From contig CBINGZ010000009.1 in NCBI GenBank assembly GCA_966250335.1, positions 54,120 through 118,119 of the forward strand: a stretch of DNA of 64,000 nt, read 5' to 3'. Each line of letters opens with the position of its first letter. Within the stretch, counting starts at the first letter, position 1. The notes under the pieces were generated by a model. That model had not been told where the DNA came from. It was given only the letters and a program-made list of their open reading frames with translations, and searched no databases. Source of the stretch: an uncultured bacterium (GTDB lineage Bacteria; Bacteroidota; Ignavibacteria; OLB7). Positions 1-8,429 of the stretch are shown here, one piece after another. The position numbers and the translations under genes are program-made.

Positions 1-299
1 GCACCGTTGCCGGGTCCGAACTTCACCCGGTTGTTGTCGATCGCCGAGTACACGAAGACCTGGAATTTGTCCGCGATGGTCGGCGCAAATCGGGCGTCGA
101 ACGTGTTCATCGTCGTATCCGGGTAGGCCAGAATGTACTTCAGACCGCCCTGACATTCGGTGATCGCATCCTCGGGAAGTTCCTGCGCCTGCAGTACCGA
201 GGGGAACACGAACGCTAGAGCGAAGAAGGCCATTAAGGCCGAGAGTACCCGGAAGCGACGCTTGCATGCAGTAGGTCTGCCCATGCCGTTGTCCCTCAT
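1..299 (-). CDS. Hypothetical secreted protein, N-terminal fragment (gene runs off left edge of window)
   Basis: Minus-strand reading from ATG at 299 (alt. ATG 284) gives MRDNGMGRPTACKRRFRVLSALMAFFALAFVFPSVLQAQELPEDAITECQGGLKYILAYPD... with no stop down to base 1. Basic n-region, hydrophobic core and an LQA/Q cleavage-like site indicate a Sec signal peptide. Missing from the ORF track only because it is truncated. Confidence 0.45.
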   Translation of the reverse strand, partial: MRDNGMGRPTACKRRFRVLSALMAFFALAFVFPSVLQAQELPEDAITECQGGLKYILAYPDTTMNTFDARFAPTIADKFQVFVYSAIDNNRVKFGPGNG

Positions 300-554
300 G
301 CTTTGGGTAATTGGAGAGTGAATAGAACTGCTTGATCCGAAACTTTATTCTCGCCTTGATTCCCTGTGGCGCTTCCTGCGGTGGAATCCGCAGAAAAACG
401 AGGGAAGATCGGTGCCCGGCCATCTGGCGGAAGCCGGGCGGTTGATCGGTAAATAAGACCCTGTATCGGGGAAAGTGTTACCGGGGGAGGAAAAAAAGTC
501 GAAGAAGGGAAGGAAGCAAGGAAGAACCGTGATCCCTGCCGTTTTCCCACCTTC

Positions 555-1031
555 TCAACTTCCCTGACCCCAGCTCAGAACCTCCAGCCGGACCGGTCCG
601 ACCCCTGCCTTGATCAGGTCGATCCGCTCCGCCGCCCCCCGTGAAAGGTCGATGATCCTGGAACGCTTGAACGGCCCCCGATCGTTGATCCGAACCGTCA
701 CTTCGAGCCCGTTCCTGACGTTCACCACCCGGACGATCGTTCCGAACGGGTAGTCCCGGTGGGCCCCGGTAAGTTCCGACTGCCTGAAGATCTCCCCGCT
801 TGCCGTCGTTCTCCCCTCGAACACGTCGGCGTAGTACGATGCCTCACCCTCGGCCACGGCGGCCGACGAGGAGCCGCTTCCCGCTCTCTCCGTCGTCCGT
901 CGGGTTGCCGGAAAGCAGCCGGAGAGAAGGAGGAGGCAGAGGAGCGAATACCGTATGAACCTGAAATCGGGATGGAGGATTCCCAGAACTGACAACGACC
1001 TCTCCTCAATTGAAACGGTGATTCGGGGCAT
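555..1031 (-). CDS. rlpA: Septal ring lytic transglycosylase RlpA-like lipoprotein (DPBB domain)
   Basis: YYADVFEGRTTASGEIFRQSELTGAHRDYPFGTIVRVVNVRNGLEVTVRINDRGPF is the RlpA double-psi beta-barrel signature. Lipobox LLLLSGC lies upstream. Start uncertain: ATG 1031 chosen, the track ORF extends to 1082, and a TTG closer to the lipobox is possible. Confidence 0.85.
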   Translation of the reverse strand: MPRITVSIEERSLSVLGILHPDFRFIRYSLLCLLLLSGCFPATRRTTERAGSGSSSAAVAEGEASYYADVFEGRTTASGEIFRQSELTGAHRDYPFGTIVRVVNVRNGLEVTVRINDRGPFKRSRIIDLSRGAAERIDLIKAGVGPVRLEVLSWGQGS

Positions 1032-1218
1032 GCCGCGGTGTGCGACCGCGGGGGATGGAAGAGGAGGCGAGACGATCGACACGGCGCCCCGTGGAGGGGC
1101 GGATCGATCGGCTAATATAGCGAGGAGATATTAGATATCGTAACGATTTGCCGGGGCGGGGGAGAATTTTCGAGGGATTCGGCGGCCGGCGCCGGTTGAG
1201 GGGGCGCCGGCCCCCGCG

Positions 1219-2304
1219 TTACAGCAGACTGTTGATCTTCTTTCGGCGGAGATAATCGACCACCGCCTGGACCCGCTGCGATTCCCCGCGCCGGCAGATC
1301 AGCAGGGCGTCCGGCGTGTCGACGATGATCAGATCCTTCACGCCGAGCGTGGCGATCATCTTGCCGGCCGTCCTGATGAAGCTCCCCTCCGTGTCGATCG
1401 TCACCACATCCCCCACGATGGAGTTGCCGTTGTTGTCCTTGCGGGAGAGGCGGTAGGTCTCGTCCCAGCTCCCCACGTCGCTCCAGCCGAACTCGCACTG
1501 GGTGACGTAGACGTTCTCCGACTTCTCCATGATGCCGTAATCGATCGAAATCGGGTGGATCTGTCCGTAGACGCTCTCCAGCCGGTCCTGGTAGTAGTCG
1601 GCCCCCAGCGCGGCATGGATCGATTCCACCTGGTCGTAGAGGTCGGGGAGGTGGCGGCGGATCTCCTCGGCGATCGTGTCGACCCGCCAGACGAACATGC
1701 CGCTGTTCCAGAGGAAGTCGCCGCTGGAGAGGAAGCGTTCGGCCGTCGGCAGATCCGGTTTCTCGGCGAAGGTGAGGACGGGACGGAGCCCCTGGTCGAA
1801 GAAACGGTTCTCCCCCTCGCGGCGGTCGCTCCACTGGATGTAGCCGTAGCCGGTCTCCGGGCGGGTGGGGGTGATTCCCATCGTCACCAGGCAGCGCATC
1901 TCGAACGCCGCCTCGCACGCCAGCCGCAGTTTCTGCTGGAATTCGCCGACATTCTGGATCCAGTGGTCGGCCGGCAGCACCACCATCACCGCCTCCGGAT
2001 CACGGTCGCGGATCATCGAGGCCGCCAGCGCGATGCAGGGGGCGGTGTTCCGTCCGAACGGTTCGGCGATCAGGTTCCCGACCGGGACCTGCGGCACCTG
2101 TTCCCGCAGCCCGTCCACCTGGGTCTTGTTGGTGACGATGATGATATCCTCGTGGGGGATCATCGGCTGCAGACGGGCGATCGTGTTCTGGATCATCGTC
2201 CCTTCGCCCAGAATGTGGAGAAGCTGCTTCGGGGAGGCCTCGCGGCTTCTGGGCCACAGGCGTGATCCGACGCCGCCGGCCATGATGATTGCGTATATCT
2301 TCAT
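1219..2304 (-). CDS. manC: Mannose-1-phosphate guanylyltransferase (GDP-mannose pyrophosphorylase)
   Basis: N-terminus MKIYAIIMAGGVGSRLWPRSREASPKQLL is the sugar-nucleotidyltransferase glycine loop. Length and downstream blocks (VVLPADHWI, GYGYI, FAEKPD, WNSGMFVW) fit the ManC family. Confidence 0.88.
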   Translation of the reverse strand: MKIYAIIMAGGVGSRLWPRSREASPKQLLHILGEGTMIQNTIARLQPMIPHEDIIIVTNKTQVDGLREQVPQVPVGNLIAEPFGRNTAPCIALAASMIRDRDPEAVMVVLPADHWIQNVGEFQQKLRLACEAAFEMRCLVTMGITPTRPETGYGYIQWSDRREGENRFFDQGLRPVLTFAEKPDLPTAERFLSSGDFLWNSGMFVWRVDTIAEEIRRHLPDLYDQVESIHAALGADYYQDRLESVYGQIHPISIDYGIMEKSENVYVTQCEFGWSDVGSWDETYRLSRKDNNGNSIVGDVVTIDTEGSFIRTAGKMIATLGVKDLIIVDTPDALLICRRGESQRVQAVVDYLRRKKINSLL

Positions 2305-2372
2305 GTAGGAATGAAAAGTAAGGTTCGTTCAGTTGCCGTGTCGCGTCCCTCCCCGCGGTCTCCTCTCTTCGA

Positions 2373-3536
2373 TCACCTCTCCACCGGAACCCGGGGGACA
2401 CGGGCGGAGATATGGGTGCAGATCTCGTATGGAATGGTCTCGATCGCCGTCGCCAGTTCCCAGGCGTCGATCCGGTCGGTTCCGTCCGTGCCGATCAGCA
2501 CCGCCTCGTCGCCGATCTCGACGTCGCTTTCTCCCCCCAGATCGATCATCACCTCATCCATGCAGATCGTGCCGACGATCGGATAGCGGCGTCCCCGCAC
2601 CAGGACCCGGAGCCTGTTGGTGAGGGAGCGCATGAGGCCGTCGCCGTAGCCGATCGGGATCGTGGCGATCCGGGTCGGGCCGGTCGTGTAATAGCGGCGG
2701 CCGTAGCTGATCGAAACCCCGGCCGGCATCGGCGTGATGTTGGAGAGAGTCGTCCGGAGGGTCATCACCGGCTCCAGCCCGGAGTCGTTCTGGAGCGCGA
2801 CCGTGGGATGATACCCGTAGAGGGCGAGCCCCGGCCGCACCAGCGTGAAATGCGACGCGGGAAGATTGAGAAGCCCGCCGCTGTTCGCCAGGTGGATATC
2901 CTCGAACGAGTATCCGGCGTCCAGCGACCGGCGGAGCAGTCCCTCGAAGAGCTCGAGCTGTTCGACCGCGAAGCCGCTGCCGAGCTCGTCGCTGGTGGCG
3001 AAGTGGGAGGCGAAGCCTCTGATCGAAATGTTGTCGTGGGAGGAGGCGGCGCGCAGCGTCTCGGCGACATCCTCCGGCCGGGCGCCGTTCCGTCCCATCC
3101 CCGTGTCGACGAAGAGATGGGCCGTGACGCGGGTTCCTGGGGGAGTTGCCTCTGCAAGCTCCCGGGCCATCCTCGGCGTGGAGATCATCGGCTCCAGGTC
3201 GAAGGCGCCGAACTCCTCCATCTGCCCCTCGATCGGCGGGCTCAGCACTACGATCCTCCGTTCCACCCCGAGGCGCCGCAGAAGGCGTCCCCCTTCGACG
3301 GTGGCGACGCCGAACATGTCGGCCCCCGCCTTCACCAGTTCCGGCACACAGAGGGTTGCCTCATGCCCGTAGCAGTTCGATTTGACCACGGCCATCATTC
3401 TGACGCCGGGGGCAAGACGGCTCCGGAGGGTCGCGACGTTCCGTCGCAGCGCCCCCAGGTCGATCCGCGCCTGGGTGGGGCGGAATCGCGGCCCGGGGGG
3501 TCCGGAGCGCGTGTCGGTCGATGTCGGGTCGATCAT
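2373..3536 (-). CDS. alr: Alanine racemase
   Basis: IDLGALRRNVATLRSRL...MMAVVKSNCYGHEA contains the PLP-lysine motif (VVK-x-N-x-YGHG type), with the C-terminal beta domain ...GYGDG...TICMDEVMIDLG. The track ORF (to 3833) overlaps the upstream DUF971 gene, so the internal ATG at 3536 is used; it forms an ATGA overlap with that gene's stop. Confidence 0.9.
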   Translation of the reverse strand: MIDPTSTDTRSGPPGPRFRPTQARIDLGALRRNVATLRSRLAPGVRMMAVVKSNCYGHEATLCVPELVKAGADMFGVATVEGGRLLRRLGVERRIVVLSPPIEGQMEEFGAFDLEPMISTPRMARELAEATPPGTRVTAHLFVDTGMGRNGARPEDVAETLRAASSHDNISIRGFASHFATSDELGSGFAVEQLELFEGLLRRSLDAGYSFEDIHLANSGGLLNLPASHFTLVRPGLALYGYHPTVALQNDSGLEPVMTLRTTLSNITPMPAGVSISYGRRYYTTGPTRIATIPIGYGDGLMRSLTNRLRVLVRGRRYPIVGTICMDEVMIDLGGESDVEIGDEAVLIGTDGTDRIDAWELATAIETIPYEICTHISARVPRVPVER

Positions 3537-3859
3537 GCCGCTGCCGTTCCTTCCGGGGTCGGTTCTCCCGGCGGCGCGATCTGCCGGAGATAGCCGTAGG
3601 GATAGATCCCCCACGAGTGCCCGTCCTCCCAGGTGACCTGGAGCGAATGACTCCCGATCAGGGTCAGTTCGCGGATTGTGACCGCCGCCTGCGGAAGGAG
3701 GGGGATGTAGGTCGCGCTCCGGCTCCGGGCGGCCGACGTGCAGGCCGTGCAGGGACAGTTCAGACGAAGATCGCGTGTCGAAATCCTCGATTCCGTTCCT
3801 CCCTGCCAGAAGATCGCCAGCTCGTCGCGGCATGGTTGATATATTCTCAGTGGATGCAA
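3533..3859 (-). CDS. DUF971 family protein (gamma-butyrobetaine hydroxylase-like N-terminal domain)
   Basis: LAIFWQGGTESRISTRDLRLNCPCTACT ... LQVTWEDGHSWGIYPYGYLR matches my memory of the DUF971 pattern. There is no ATG after the upstream gene's stop (3862-3864), so TTG at 3859 is proposed as the start. Confidence 0.6.
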   Translation of the reverse strand: MHPLRIYQPCRDELAIFWQGGTESRISTRDLRLNCPCTACTSAARSRSATYIPLLPQAAVTIRELTLIGSHSLQVTWEDGHSWGIYPYGYLRQIAPPGEPTPEGTAAA

Positions 3860-3861
3860 GC

Positions 3862-4203
3862 TCAGAAAATCCGTTTCCGTTCCGCCGGCTGAACCATGAG
3901 GACGATGAGAAGCAGGAGGGAAAGGATGCCGAGGATCGACATCAACCCGCTCCACATGAACGTCCCGTCGCCGAAGAAGTATGTTCTGCCGAACTGTCCC
4001 AGGATCGCCAGCGTGGCGATCAGCGACATGTAGATCCCGGACTTCTTCCCCTTCTGCATGGTCAGCCCCGCAACGATGAGAAGCAGTCCCAGAAGACCGC
4101 CGGCGATGAGTGAAATGACGCTATCCTTCTGGACGAATCCGACGATCCCTCCGACAAGCGTCACGATGCCGAACAGCATCTGGTACAAAGCTACTGTTCT
4201 CAT
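3862..4203 (-). CDS. Small TMEM14/UPF0136-like four-helix membrane protein
   Basis: MRTVALYQMLFGIVTLVGGIVGFVQKDSVISLIAGGLLGLLLIVAGLTMQKGKKSG...: four hydrophobic helices with the GG-x-x-G-(F/Y) pattern of the TMEM14 family. ATG at 4203 chosen; the longer track ORF adds an unlikely Pro/Arg-rich leader. Confidence 0.6.
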   Translation of the reverse strand: MRTVALYQMLFGIVTLVGGIVGFVQKDSVISLIAGGLLGLLLIVAGLTMQKGKKSGIYMSLIATLAILGQFGRTYFFGDGTFMWSGLMSILGILSLLLLIVLMVQPAERKRIF

Positions 4204-4319
4204 TCCCTTGTAATCTGTATGAGAGTTGTTGTTCCCTGCTTCGGACCGGTCGGGATCGGTGGCGTCGATGGGAGGAATCCCGGGTCGCGACCGGCCCGGG
4301 TCGACCGGAGAGATCAAAC

Positions 4320-5234
4320 TTAGGCATTTGATCGGAAATCGTCGGCCCCCTCCGGATGGCCTTCCAGCCCCACCCCGTAAAAGACGTCGAAGAATTCGCG
4401 CGCCGGGCGGACGTCGTGGACACGGAGGATCGAGGCGCCGTTGATCGCGGCGATGGCGTGCGCCGCCAGCGTCCCGTTGACCCGCGCGCCGGGGGGAGCA
4501 CCTCCGAGCAGGGCGCCGATGAACGCCTTCCGTGAGGCCCCCACCAGCATCGGAACGCCGAGGTCGAGAAATTCCCTGTGGCGGCGGAGCAGCAGGGCGT
4601 TTTCTCCGCCCCCCTTGGCAAAGCCTATTCCTACGTCGGCGATGATCCTTGATACCCCCGCGTTCCGCGCGGAAGCTATCCTCTCCTGAAGAAACCTGTA
4701 CACCTCGCCGATCAGGTCACGATAGATGAAGGTATCGGCCGGCCGCAGATCGGCCGGGTCGTGCCCATGCATCAGGATGTACGGAACATCGAACTTCGCC
4801 GCGACGTTCCTGATCACGGGGTCGAATCTTCCCGCGCTGACGTCGTTGATGATGTCGGCTCCCGCCTCAAGCGCCTTCCGCGCGACCTCCCCCTTCATGG
4901 TGTCGACGGAGATGACGGCGTCCGGCCGGGCCGAGCGGATCAGTTCGACGACCGGAACCACGCGCCCGACCTCCTCCTTCGCGTCGACGCGGAGGGAGCC
5001 CGCGCCGTAGCTCCGCCCCGGCGGGCGCGTCGACTCGCCGCCGATGTCGACGATATCGGCCCCTTCCTCCAGAAGCCGCAGCGCGTGGGCGGCCGCGGCC
5101 TCCGGGTCGGCATGGAGTCCCCCGTCGGAAAAGCTGTCGGGGGTGACGTTGACGATCCCCATCAGGATCGGTCGCAGGAGTGTGTCGGCGCCGGGGCCGC
5201 GCGCCGGGAAGAGGAGAGAAACCGGTGGCCTCAT
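4320..5234 (-). CDS. folP: Dihydropteroate synthase
   Basis: ILMGIVNVTPDSFSDGG, DIVDIGGESTRPG-like (DIGGESTRPPG), INDVSAG and ILMHGHD blocks are canonical pterin-binding DHPS motifs. Confidence 0.92.
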   Translation of the reverse strand: MRPPVSLLFPARGPGADTLLRPILMGIVNVTPDSFSDGGLHADPEAAAAHALRLLEEGADIVDIGGESTRPPGRSYGAGSLRVDAKEEVGRVVPVVELIRSARPDAVISVDTMKGEVARKALEAGADIINDVSAGRFDPVIRNVAAKFDVPYILMHGHDPADLRPADTFIYRDLIGEVYRFLQERIASARNAGVSRIIADVGIGFAKGGGENALLLRRHREFLDLGVPMLVGASRKAFIGALLGGAPPGARVNGTLAAHAIAAINGASILRVHDVRPAREFFDVFYGVGLEGHPEGADDFRSNA

Positions 5235-5256
5235 ACGTGAGATGCGGGATTACGGG

Positions 5257-6348
5257 TCATCGGGTTGAGAGTTCGGCGTCGGGGAAGTAGTAGCGGAGAA
5301 TCTCCCGCGCCTCCCTGCCGTTGCGTGCCAGCCGGGCGGCTCCTTCGGCGCACATCCCCACGCGGTGGCCGAACCCCCGTCCGTGGAAGATGTAGCGGCC
5401 GTCGCGCCGTTCTATCCGGTCGACCGTATTGCTCAGTACGATATTGAATCCTATCAGCCGTCCCACGCTCATCTTGAAGTCGTCGTTGACGAACGGGGGA
5501 GTCGGGGCGTCCCCCATGCGCGCTTCCAGTGCGGGAGTCGCGGGGGTGGAGCGGGTCCAGGAGTGCCATTTCCCCTGCCGGCAGTGGCCGCAGACGATGT
5601 TGCCGTAGCCCGGCTCGAACCGTCCCCAGACCTGTTCCGGCGTGAGGGTCGAGCCGCCGCAGTTGGCGGAGTAGTAGCAGGGGAAGGCGTCTCCCGCTCG
5701 CAGTCCGATCCTCATCGCCTCATCGACGGCGGCGCTCACGGCGGGGCGGCGTTCGGGGAGGCTTGCGACCTGGCAGTGGGTGTTGTCGCACAGGTCGGCG
5801 AAGGGGGCGTGCCTCTTCCGGTGCGTGGTCAGGTAGTTGTGCTGGAGGACCGAAAGCGCGGTCAGAAATTCATCCGGATCGCCGGTCACCGTCTCGGCGG
5901 CGAGCGCGGCGGCGAGATAGTCGCGGACCGGCATCGTCGCCACGGCGTGGAGCAGCCCCTCGGCCGCGACGATCTCCAGACGGCCCGATACCCGCCGCAG
6001 ACGGCTTCCGGATCGCAGAACGATAATTCTGCCGGGCGGCGCCGTGGTTTTATATGTATCGCTTCGCGATCCGTCGATCAGAAGCGCCCCGTTGTCGGGC
6101 GCGATTGAAATATCATGCCGTGATCCTCGGCGGTCTCCTCCCTCGACGGTGATCTTCCGTATAACCCCCTGCGCGAAGAGGAGGAGCCTGACCGAATCGG
6201 GAGCGACGGCCGAGGCATCGCGCACGATCCCCGCCGAATCACTCTCTGCGATATGAACGGCGGAAGCGCGGCCGGGAAGAGGGGAGAGGTCCGACGGAAG
6301 CGTCAGGGCCGCAATCGCGAGAGAGAAGATGGCGACGAAGGAGCTCAC
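5257..6348 (-). CDS. SpoIID/LytB-domain protein (amidase enhancer / lytic transglycosylase family)
   Basis: Signal peptide, then ...DLCDNTHCQVAS..., CYYSANCGGSTLTPEQVWG and GFGHRVGMCAEGAARLARNG, which are characteristic SpoIID blocks. Confidence 0.8.
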   Translation of the reverse strand: MSSFVAIFSLAIAALTLPSDLSPLPGRASAVHIAESDSAGIVRDASAVAPDSVRLLLFAQGVIRKITVEGGDRRGSRHDISIAPDNGALLIDGSRSDTYKTTAPPGRIIVLRSGSRLRRVSGRLEIVAAEGLLHAVATMPVRDYLAAALAAETVTGDPDEFLTALSVLQHNYLTTHRKRHAPFADLCDNTHCQVASLPERRPAVSAAVDEAMRIGLRAGDAFPCYYSANCGGSTLTPEQVWGRFEPGYGNIVCGHCRQGKWHSWTRSTPATPALEARMGDAPTPPFVNDDFKMSVGRLIGFNIVLSNTVDRIERRDGRYIFHGRGFGHRVGMCAEGAARLARNGREAREILRYYFPDAELSTR

Positions 6349-7226
6349 ATCAGCTCCTGAAGGATCTTGCCGGCAACGACCGCCGCATCGGCTCCCTTGC
6401 CGTCATGCAGCAGGACCGTCACGACGTAGCGCGGCTGGTCGGCCGGAGCGAATCCGACGAACCATCCCACTGTTCTGGTGGAGGTCCCCTGTACGATCGC
6501 GGTGCCGGTCTTCCCCGCAACCGTATATCGTCTCGACCAGGCTCCCTTGCCGGTTCCCTCCCTGATACAGTAACGGAGGCCGTCGTAGAGCGGAAGGAAC
6601 CGACCCCCGGCCATTCCCGTGGGGGGAACTCCCAGGCGTCCCCGCGAGGCGAGGAGGAGCCCGGTGCGAAGCATCTGAGCGGGAGATACCGTGAACGCCT
6701 CCCCAAGGAGCGTCTCGCGGGTCAATGAGAGGGCGGGGGCCGCCGAGACCGGATCGCCCGGAAATCCGGAGCCTTCGGTCATCCCCAGGGCAGCCGCCGA
6801 TCGTAGAATACCGGCCGTCGACATCGACGACGCAAGGCGACGGAAATAGAGGTTGCACGAGACCCCCAGCGCCTCCCGGAACCGCAGGCTTCCGTGGCCC
6901 GAGCCGAGCCAGCACTCCTCCGGCACGCCGTCGATCGTGTCGACGCCGCGGCATCTGTATCGGAGCGTGGTTCCGGTTCCGCCGTCGGTGAGGGCGCAGT
7001 GGGCGATCGCCAGCTTGAAGAGCGACGCCGGATGGTAGCGCCGCTCGAACGCCTGTTCGGTCCGTACTCCTCCGAGCATGCGGCCGGTGGATGCGTCGGC
7101 CACCAGAACCACAGCATCGTAGCTCGATGCGATCCTGGGGAACGTCGGATTCCCCCCGCCCCTCTCCCCTGAAGGGGAGGGAAGCGAGCAGAGAAGAGCT
7201 GCGACGATATGAAGAATGGATCTCAC
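6345..7226 (-). CDS. Small penicillin-binding transpeptidase / class-D beta-lactamase-like protein
   Basis: Signal peptide plus the three penicilloyl-serine transferase motifs SLFK (SxxK), SCN (SxN) and GKTGTA (KTG). 4-bp overlap with the SpoIID-like gene. Confidence 0.75.
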   Translation of the reverse strand: MRSILHIVAALLCSLPSPSGERGGGNPTFPRIASSYDAVVLVADASTGRMLGGVRTEQAFERRYHPASLFKLAIAHCALTDGGTGTTLRYRCRGVDTIDGVPEECWLGSGHGSLRFREALGVSCNLYFRRLASSMSTAGILRSAAALGMTEGSGFPGDPVSAAPALSLTRETLLGEAFTVSPAQMLRTGLLLASRGRLGVPPTGMAGGRFLPLYDGLRYCIREGTGKGAWSRRYTVAGKTGTAIVQGTSTRTVGWFVGFAPADQPRYVVTVLLHDGKGADAAVVAGKILQELM

Positions 7227-7340
7227 GATGAGCGTTCACGCTGCGACGGGGCCGATTATAGGGATAGCGCGCTTCTTCGGCAAGCCGCTTCCGACGGCGT
7301 AACGGCCGATACCGAACGTTGCCTGTGCTGACGGGTTGCA

Positions 7341-8429
7341 ATGTTATCTTTACCGGACACTTTTTACTTGACGATGACTACTCCACGCAAGGGATCGGAC
7401 AATCGCCCCGGGAAGAGAACGGGGGGAACGACCGGCGGGCGCCGAAGCGCGGCCGGCGGATCGGGAAGAGAGACGACCGGAACGGCCCGCGGAAGCGCGA
7501 GCCCCGGCAGAGCCACGGGCAGATCGTCCGGCGCAACGTCGGAGAGAGCCTCGCAGGGAGCCGGGGTAAAGCGAACCGCTTCGAAGACGGCGGTCCCGAA
7601 AGGAGCGGTCCCGAAAGGGGCGGCCGCGAAGGGAACCGCTTCAAAGGGAATTGCCTCGAAAGGAGCTTCTTCCAGGGGGGCGGCTTCGAAGGGAGCCGAG
7701 CAGGATGGGTTCAGGATCAACAAGGTTCTGGCCGATGCCGGCGTCGCCTCAAGGCGTGCGGCCGACGCGATGATCGCCGAGGGGCGGGTCCAGGTCAACG
7801 GCAAGGTCGTGACCGAGCTGGGAACGCGGGTCACGATGACCGACAGGGTCTCCGTCGACGGCAAGATCATCGCCGATCCCGCGCGCCATGTCTATATCCT
7901 GCTCAACAAGCCGAAGGATACGATCACGACCACGAAGGACGAGCGGGGACGACGCACCGTCCTCGATCTCGTTGAATATCATGACAGGATCTATCCGGTC
8001 GGACGGCTCGATCGCAACACGACAGGAATCCTCCTGCTCACCAACGACGGCGATCTGGCCCACAGGATGATGCATCCGCGCTACCAGGTGGAGCGCTTCT
8101 ACGAGGTCGTGCTGGACAGACCGCTGGAGCAGAAGCACGCAAAGAAGATCGCGGCCGGAGTCGAACTCGATAACGGCGACACGACGCAGCCGTGCGATCT
8201 GTTCGTGGAGGAACGGGACGCGAAGCATGTCTCGATCCTGCTGCGCGAGGGGAAGAACCGCGAGGTGCGCCGTCTCTTCGAGGCGTTCGACTACGAGGTG
8301 ATCAGACTTCATCGCTCCATGTATGCGGGGCTGACCACGCGCGGCCTTGCCCGCGGCGAATGGAGATATCTCACCCGCAAGGAGCTCTCGGCGCTGCGCC
8401 GTCAGGTCAATCTTGCGGACAATGCCTGA
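7341..8429 (+). CDS. rluB: 23S rRNA pseudouridine synthase RluB/RsuA family with long basic N-terminal extension
   Basis: S4 domain (FRINKVLADAGVASRRAADAMIAEGRVQVNGKVV) and catalytic block VGRLDRNTTGILLLTNDGDLAHRMMHP. About 120 aa of Gly/Ser/Arg/Lys-rich leader precedes them. Start is 7341 or 7374. Confidence 0.88.
   Translation: MLSLPDTFYLTMTTPRKGSDNRPGKRTGGTTGGRRSAAGGSGRETTGTARGSASPGRATGRSSGATSERASQGAGVKRTASKTAVPKGAVPKGAAAKGTASKGIASKGASSRGAASKGAEQDGFRINKVLADAGVASRRAADAMIAEGRVQVNGKVVTELGTRVTMTDRVSVDGKIIADPARHVYILLNKPKDTITTTKDERGRRTVLDLVEYHDRIYPVGRLDRNTTGILLLTNDGDLAHRMMHPRYQVERFYEVVLDRPLEQKHAKKIAAGVELDNGDTTQPCDLFVEERDAKHVSILLREGKNREVRRLFEAFDYEVIRLHRSMYAGLTTRGLARGEWRYLTRKELSALRRQVNLADNA
7590..7694 (+). 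repeat. Seven tandem 15-bp (pentapeptide x-x-x-K/R-G) repeats inside the rluB leader
   Basis: Translated: AVPKG AVPKG AAAKG TASKG IASKG ASSRG AASKG. The nucleotide units (gcggtcccgaaagga / gcggtcccgaaaggg / gcggccgcgaaggga ...) are visibly related. Confidence 0.8.

Noticed and set aside
343-410. Small hairpins (CTGCGG-tggaat-CCGCAG; GCCCGGC...GCCGGGC) downstream of rlpA
   Set aside because: The T-run lies on the wrong side for a minus-strand terminator, and the stems are only 6-7 bp. Not reported as features.
296-550. 84-aa ORF in the rlpA / left-edge-gene spacer
   Set aside because: Pro/Ser/Phe-rich with no motif and no convincing start context. The region is better read as the promoter/5' region of the truncated secreted-protein gene.
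3537-3833. 99-codon N-terminal extension of the alr ORF given in the track
   Set aside because: The extension lies wholly inside the DUF971 gene in another frame and is Arg/Pro/Gly-rich. The racemase homology starts only after the internal ATG at 3536.
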